Assembly (NCBI GenBank): GCA_965645245.1
Contig: OZ287074.1
Coordinates: 1,550,001 to 1,614,000, forward strand
Source: Massalongia carnosa
Lineage: Eukaryota
DNA length: 64,000 bases
Direction: 5' to 3'
Shown here: piece by piece, positions 60,884 to 64,000 of the stretch
How positions within the stretch are numbered: position 1 is the stretch's first letter
How the letters are laid out: every line of letters starts with the position of its first letter
Program-made: the position numbers and the translations under genes
The notes under the pieces: generated by a model
Told to the model about the DNA's origin: nothing
Seen by the model: the letters and a program-made list of their open reading frames with translations, nothing else
Databases searched by the model: none

Positions 60884-63778
60884 TGTATGTTTTGCCAGGA
60901 TTTTATGCATGTCTACTGACCACTAATGTTACAAAGACTACGTCTGGTCGTGTTTCTATTATAGCGAACATTATGGAGCCAACTATCACTTGATATTGTT
61001 TGATTTCTTTATCAGAGGTCTGAGAGTCATGTCACGATTCTACACGGCACGACCTCGGCACTCGGCACCGCCTAGGGTAATATTAGATGGAACATGCAGG
61101 CACTTTCGATTTCGTTCCCGCAGCTACTAGAAGATTCCATGACGACTATAGCATATGGGTACTAGCGCAGTAGAGCATATATAGGAGCAGGTTCTGGTTG
61201 TCGATAGTCTTTTTCCTTCTTCATCTTTATTGTATTCGTTTCTAGTGTCCCTATGACTAGTCTCTAGGTAGATCATAACAAGTCATTTCTGAAAAACTGC
61301 CTTCTTTCATTGGGGTAGTAGATATTTTTGCGTTCTGCATATGAAATTTCTCTAGGACCATTTCAATATAGGCAGGCTGAGAGAGTTTGATTGTTCTGTT
61401 AACGCGATTCCGTTCTATTTTTAGACCCAGATAATGACTGATAGGATCAATATCTACTATTTTAAATGCGATATTAAGTTGCTTTTTGACCTCTGAAATC
61501 ATAGGAGAGCCTTTCGGGCCGATTATGTTCAGATCGTCAACAAATGAGGTGACAATAGGCCCTTTAATGCCAGCAGAGGTGGAAAAGATACTATGATCTA
61601 CCTGAAGTTTGAACAGTCCTATTTTGCTCAGTAAGAATTCTGATAGACGTTCGTACCAGAGACGTGGAGACTGTTTCAAACAATATAGTAACTTATTAAG
61701 TTTGCAAATCATGCCTGGCGTTACATATCCTTTAGGAGTCTAGACGTAGATCAATTGATTAATTTTTCCATAAAGGAACGCTGTCACGACATCAAGCTAT
61801 TCGATGTCTAGGTCATAAAATGCAGCTATGGCAAATAGCAATCGAAAAGCCATCGGTTTCACGACGGAAGCATAGGTCTGTTCGAAATCTACTCTATACT
61901 GTTAGAGATAGCCTTTCACCACCCATCTGGTTTTGAATCGTGTGATCTTTCTATCTATGTCTCGTTTCAGTTTGTATACCTATCTTCCGCTAAGAACAAT
62001 ATAGCCAGGCTCTATTGAATCAGATGATACTAGGTCCTAGGTATTATTTTCTAAGAGACTGTTATATTCGTCATTCATTGATCGACTCTATTCTTCCGAA
62101 TATGCATAATTCATGGCCTGAGGATATGTTTGTAGTTCGGCAACGTCGAGTTGAGACAGTGCATCATAGTTTTCTAGGCCTGATAATCCTTCCTTTTCTA
62201 GTGTTCTGGCTAGAAGGAGTAGTAGATCTACTTCATCTCTGTCATCGGAATTATAGACGTGATTTGGCTCAGTTAATGCTTTATTTGATAGAAGAGATAA
62301 TATGTGAGCTATATGAACGTGCTTTCTGGGTCTGCCTCGTCCACGTTTAGGAGATGGAATGGGAAGTATAGTGGTGACTGATTCTGACGGAATGATTATG
62401 TCAGGGGCTATGATGGCATCATATGTAGGAACTTCGGTCTGGTCTTTGGAGATGGCATCTTCATAAATGCGTAAATCTTTGACCCTGATGACCCTGTAAT
62501 CCTTTTCAAGAAATACCCGATAAATAGTGCATCTATCGTAGCCGCACAGAATACCACGTTGAGCTCGAGTTGAAAATTAAGCCGATTTACTGTTGATGCC
62601 TTTCCGTTCTTCTTTATGAATAAGAACATAGCCAGTAGATCCCAAAACTCTTATATGGTTTAGAGATGGTGATTGTGATGCATAGAATTCGTATGGGCTT
62701 TTCCCTGATAAAGCATTGGTAGGTCTAATATTCTTGACATGAACCATTGCTAGCACTATCTCTGCCCATAGATAGTCTGGAATAGCTCCCTTGATAATAG
62801 TGCACCTGGTCATGTCCATGATAGTTCTGTCTGCTCGTTTAGAGACTCCGTTCTGTTCCTGAGAATACGCAGCGAAGAGTTCAAACGTTATCCCTTCTTT
62901 GAGGAACCATTCATCTGTTTTTTGACTTCGAAGTTCTGTACCAAAGTCGGTGCGAAAAATGCTGATTGGTTTGATTTTTCCAGACTTGTTTTGTACCAGA
63001 CTATAATAAGTCAATAGATGAGTAAACTATTCGCTTTTCTTGAGACCTGTGTAGACATGAGTGTATCGACTAGTATCACAGGTGAAGTTAAAGAAGTAGA
63101 GTTTATTAAGAAGTCCTAGGGACTTGATGGGTCCAACAAGATCAGAGTAAACCTTCTGGAATAATTCCTCTGCCTTCTTCTGAGTTGACCTATTATATTG
63201 CTTTTTTGCCTTTCCTAGTTCACAGAAGGAACATTACCAATCATCCTTGATGTAATCCAGAAACGATACGTCTAGACCTTTCAGATATTCCCGACAGCTT
63301 GAGATATTGAGGTGACCGAGACAGGCGTGCCATGTTGTCAATTTCACCTTGCTGGACGTTTGATAAATCGCCGTCTCAGGCCATTCAAAGATATCGGCTT
63401 CTATTCTTGTAAGATGAATAGCCAGGTCTGGGGTGTGCAAGGTCTTCAGCATGAAGTTGGTATTGACTCTTGGTGCATAGCCTATGATGTCTCTAGTAGA
63501 AAGAAGAAACAGATTCCAGTGCAGATTGTCAAAGTAGACCTTATGTTGATTGAGTAATCCAAGACTGACAAGATTTATTGGACATTGTTGAATGTAAAAA
63601 ACGTTATTAAGGACGAGTATTGACGAAGGTATGTCATCTTCTGATGCTAACGTTATACGAATCATTCCCCTTCCTGGTGAAGTATCATTAGAAGTAGAGC
63701 CTGCCAGGTCTGTAGGATAGACTATGTAGTCAGCGAAAGAAAATCCGTTGTTACATACGTGTATTTCTGCGGCACCAT
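60884..63778 (-). mobile_element. Second Ty1/copia internal region (PR-IN-RT), decayed
   Basis: NGAAEIHVCN (protease), WHACLGH, RTDFGTE / EQNGVSKR (integrase), CKLNKLLYCLKQSPRLWY and SFVDDL (RT). Confidence 0.9.
61030..61280. mobile_element. Solo LTR (251 bp) with 5-bp TSD, inserted in copia RT
   Basis: TGTCAC...ATAACA; AGTCA at 61025-61029 and 61281-61285. Confidence 0.9.
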
Positions 63779-64000
63779 TGAAGAAGGGTATTCGTGCGTG
63801 CTAATGGAAGGTAGTGGTACGTGATGATAGATGGCGAACTGAGCAGTGAACATATATACACACACACACAAACGTCTGAATAGACCTACGACTGCATAGA
63901 CATGAAAAGAACTCGACGACTGAACGACTGAACGACTGAACGACTAGTTGATGCACGAAATGAACGTGTGTCGTTGACTACGTGACACGACAATGATGAT
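63779..64000 (+). mobile_element. LINE family 2 5' end (runs off window)
   Basis: Matches 20251 onward, including the GAACGACT repeats. Confidence 0.88.

Overview
No host protein-coding gene, rRNA, tRNA or CRISPR array can be supported here. The window is a dense nest of fungal transposable elements. Tad1/CgT1-like LINEs, Fot1/pogo-type DNA transposons and Ty1/copia elements point to a filamentous ascomycete; a powdery-mildew-like genome is an inference only. 1-15 kb and 59-64 kb hold older, decayed elements: two pogo/Fot1 elements, a hAT-type MITE with an 8-bp TSD, two copia bodies, several solo LTRs and a second LINE family. 15-59 kb is almost entirely one young LINE family (ORF1 gag-like CCHC; ORF2 APE endonuclease-RT-RNase H; TAATG stop/start overlap; 3' hairpin and A-rich tail). 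It occurs in at least two subfamilies inserted into each other, with one near full-length copy at 50622-57559. The stand-out observation is an unexplained ~1.75-1.87 kb non-coding element present four times (15273-17138 +, 31881-33653 +, 37489-39310 -, 43531-45264 -). It has no TIR, LTR or poly(A). It begins with a variable number of 23-nt repeats and carries four copies of a three-way-junction RNA motif whose stems covary. It always ends at exactly ...TATCATTCTTAG fused to a co-oriented, 5'-truncated LINE, at a different LINE position each time. This pattern suggests a large structured RNA that is copied into the genome by LINE reverse-transcriptase template jumping.
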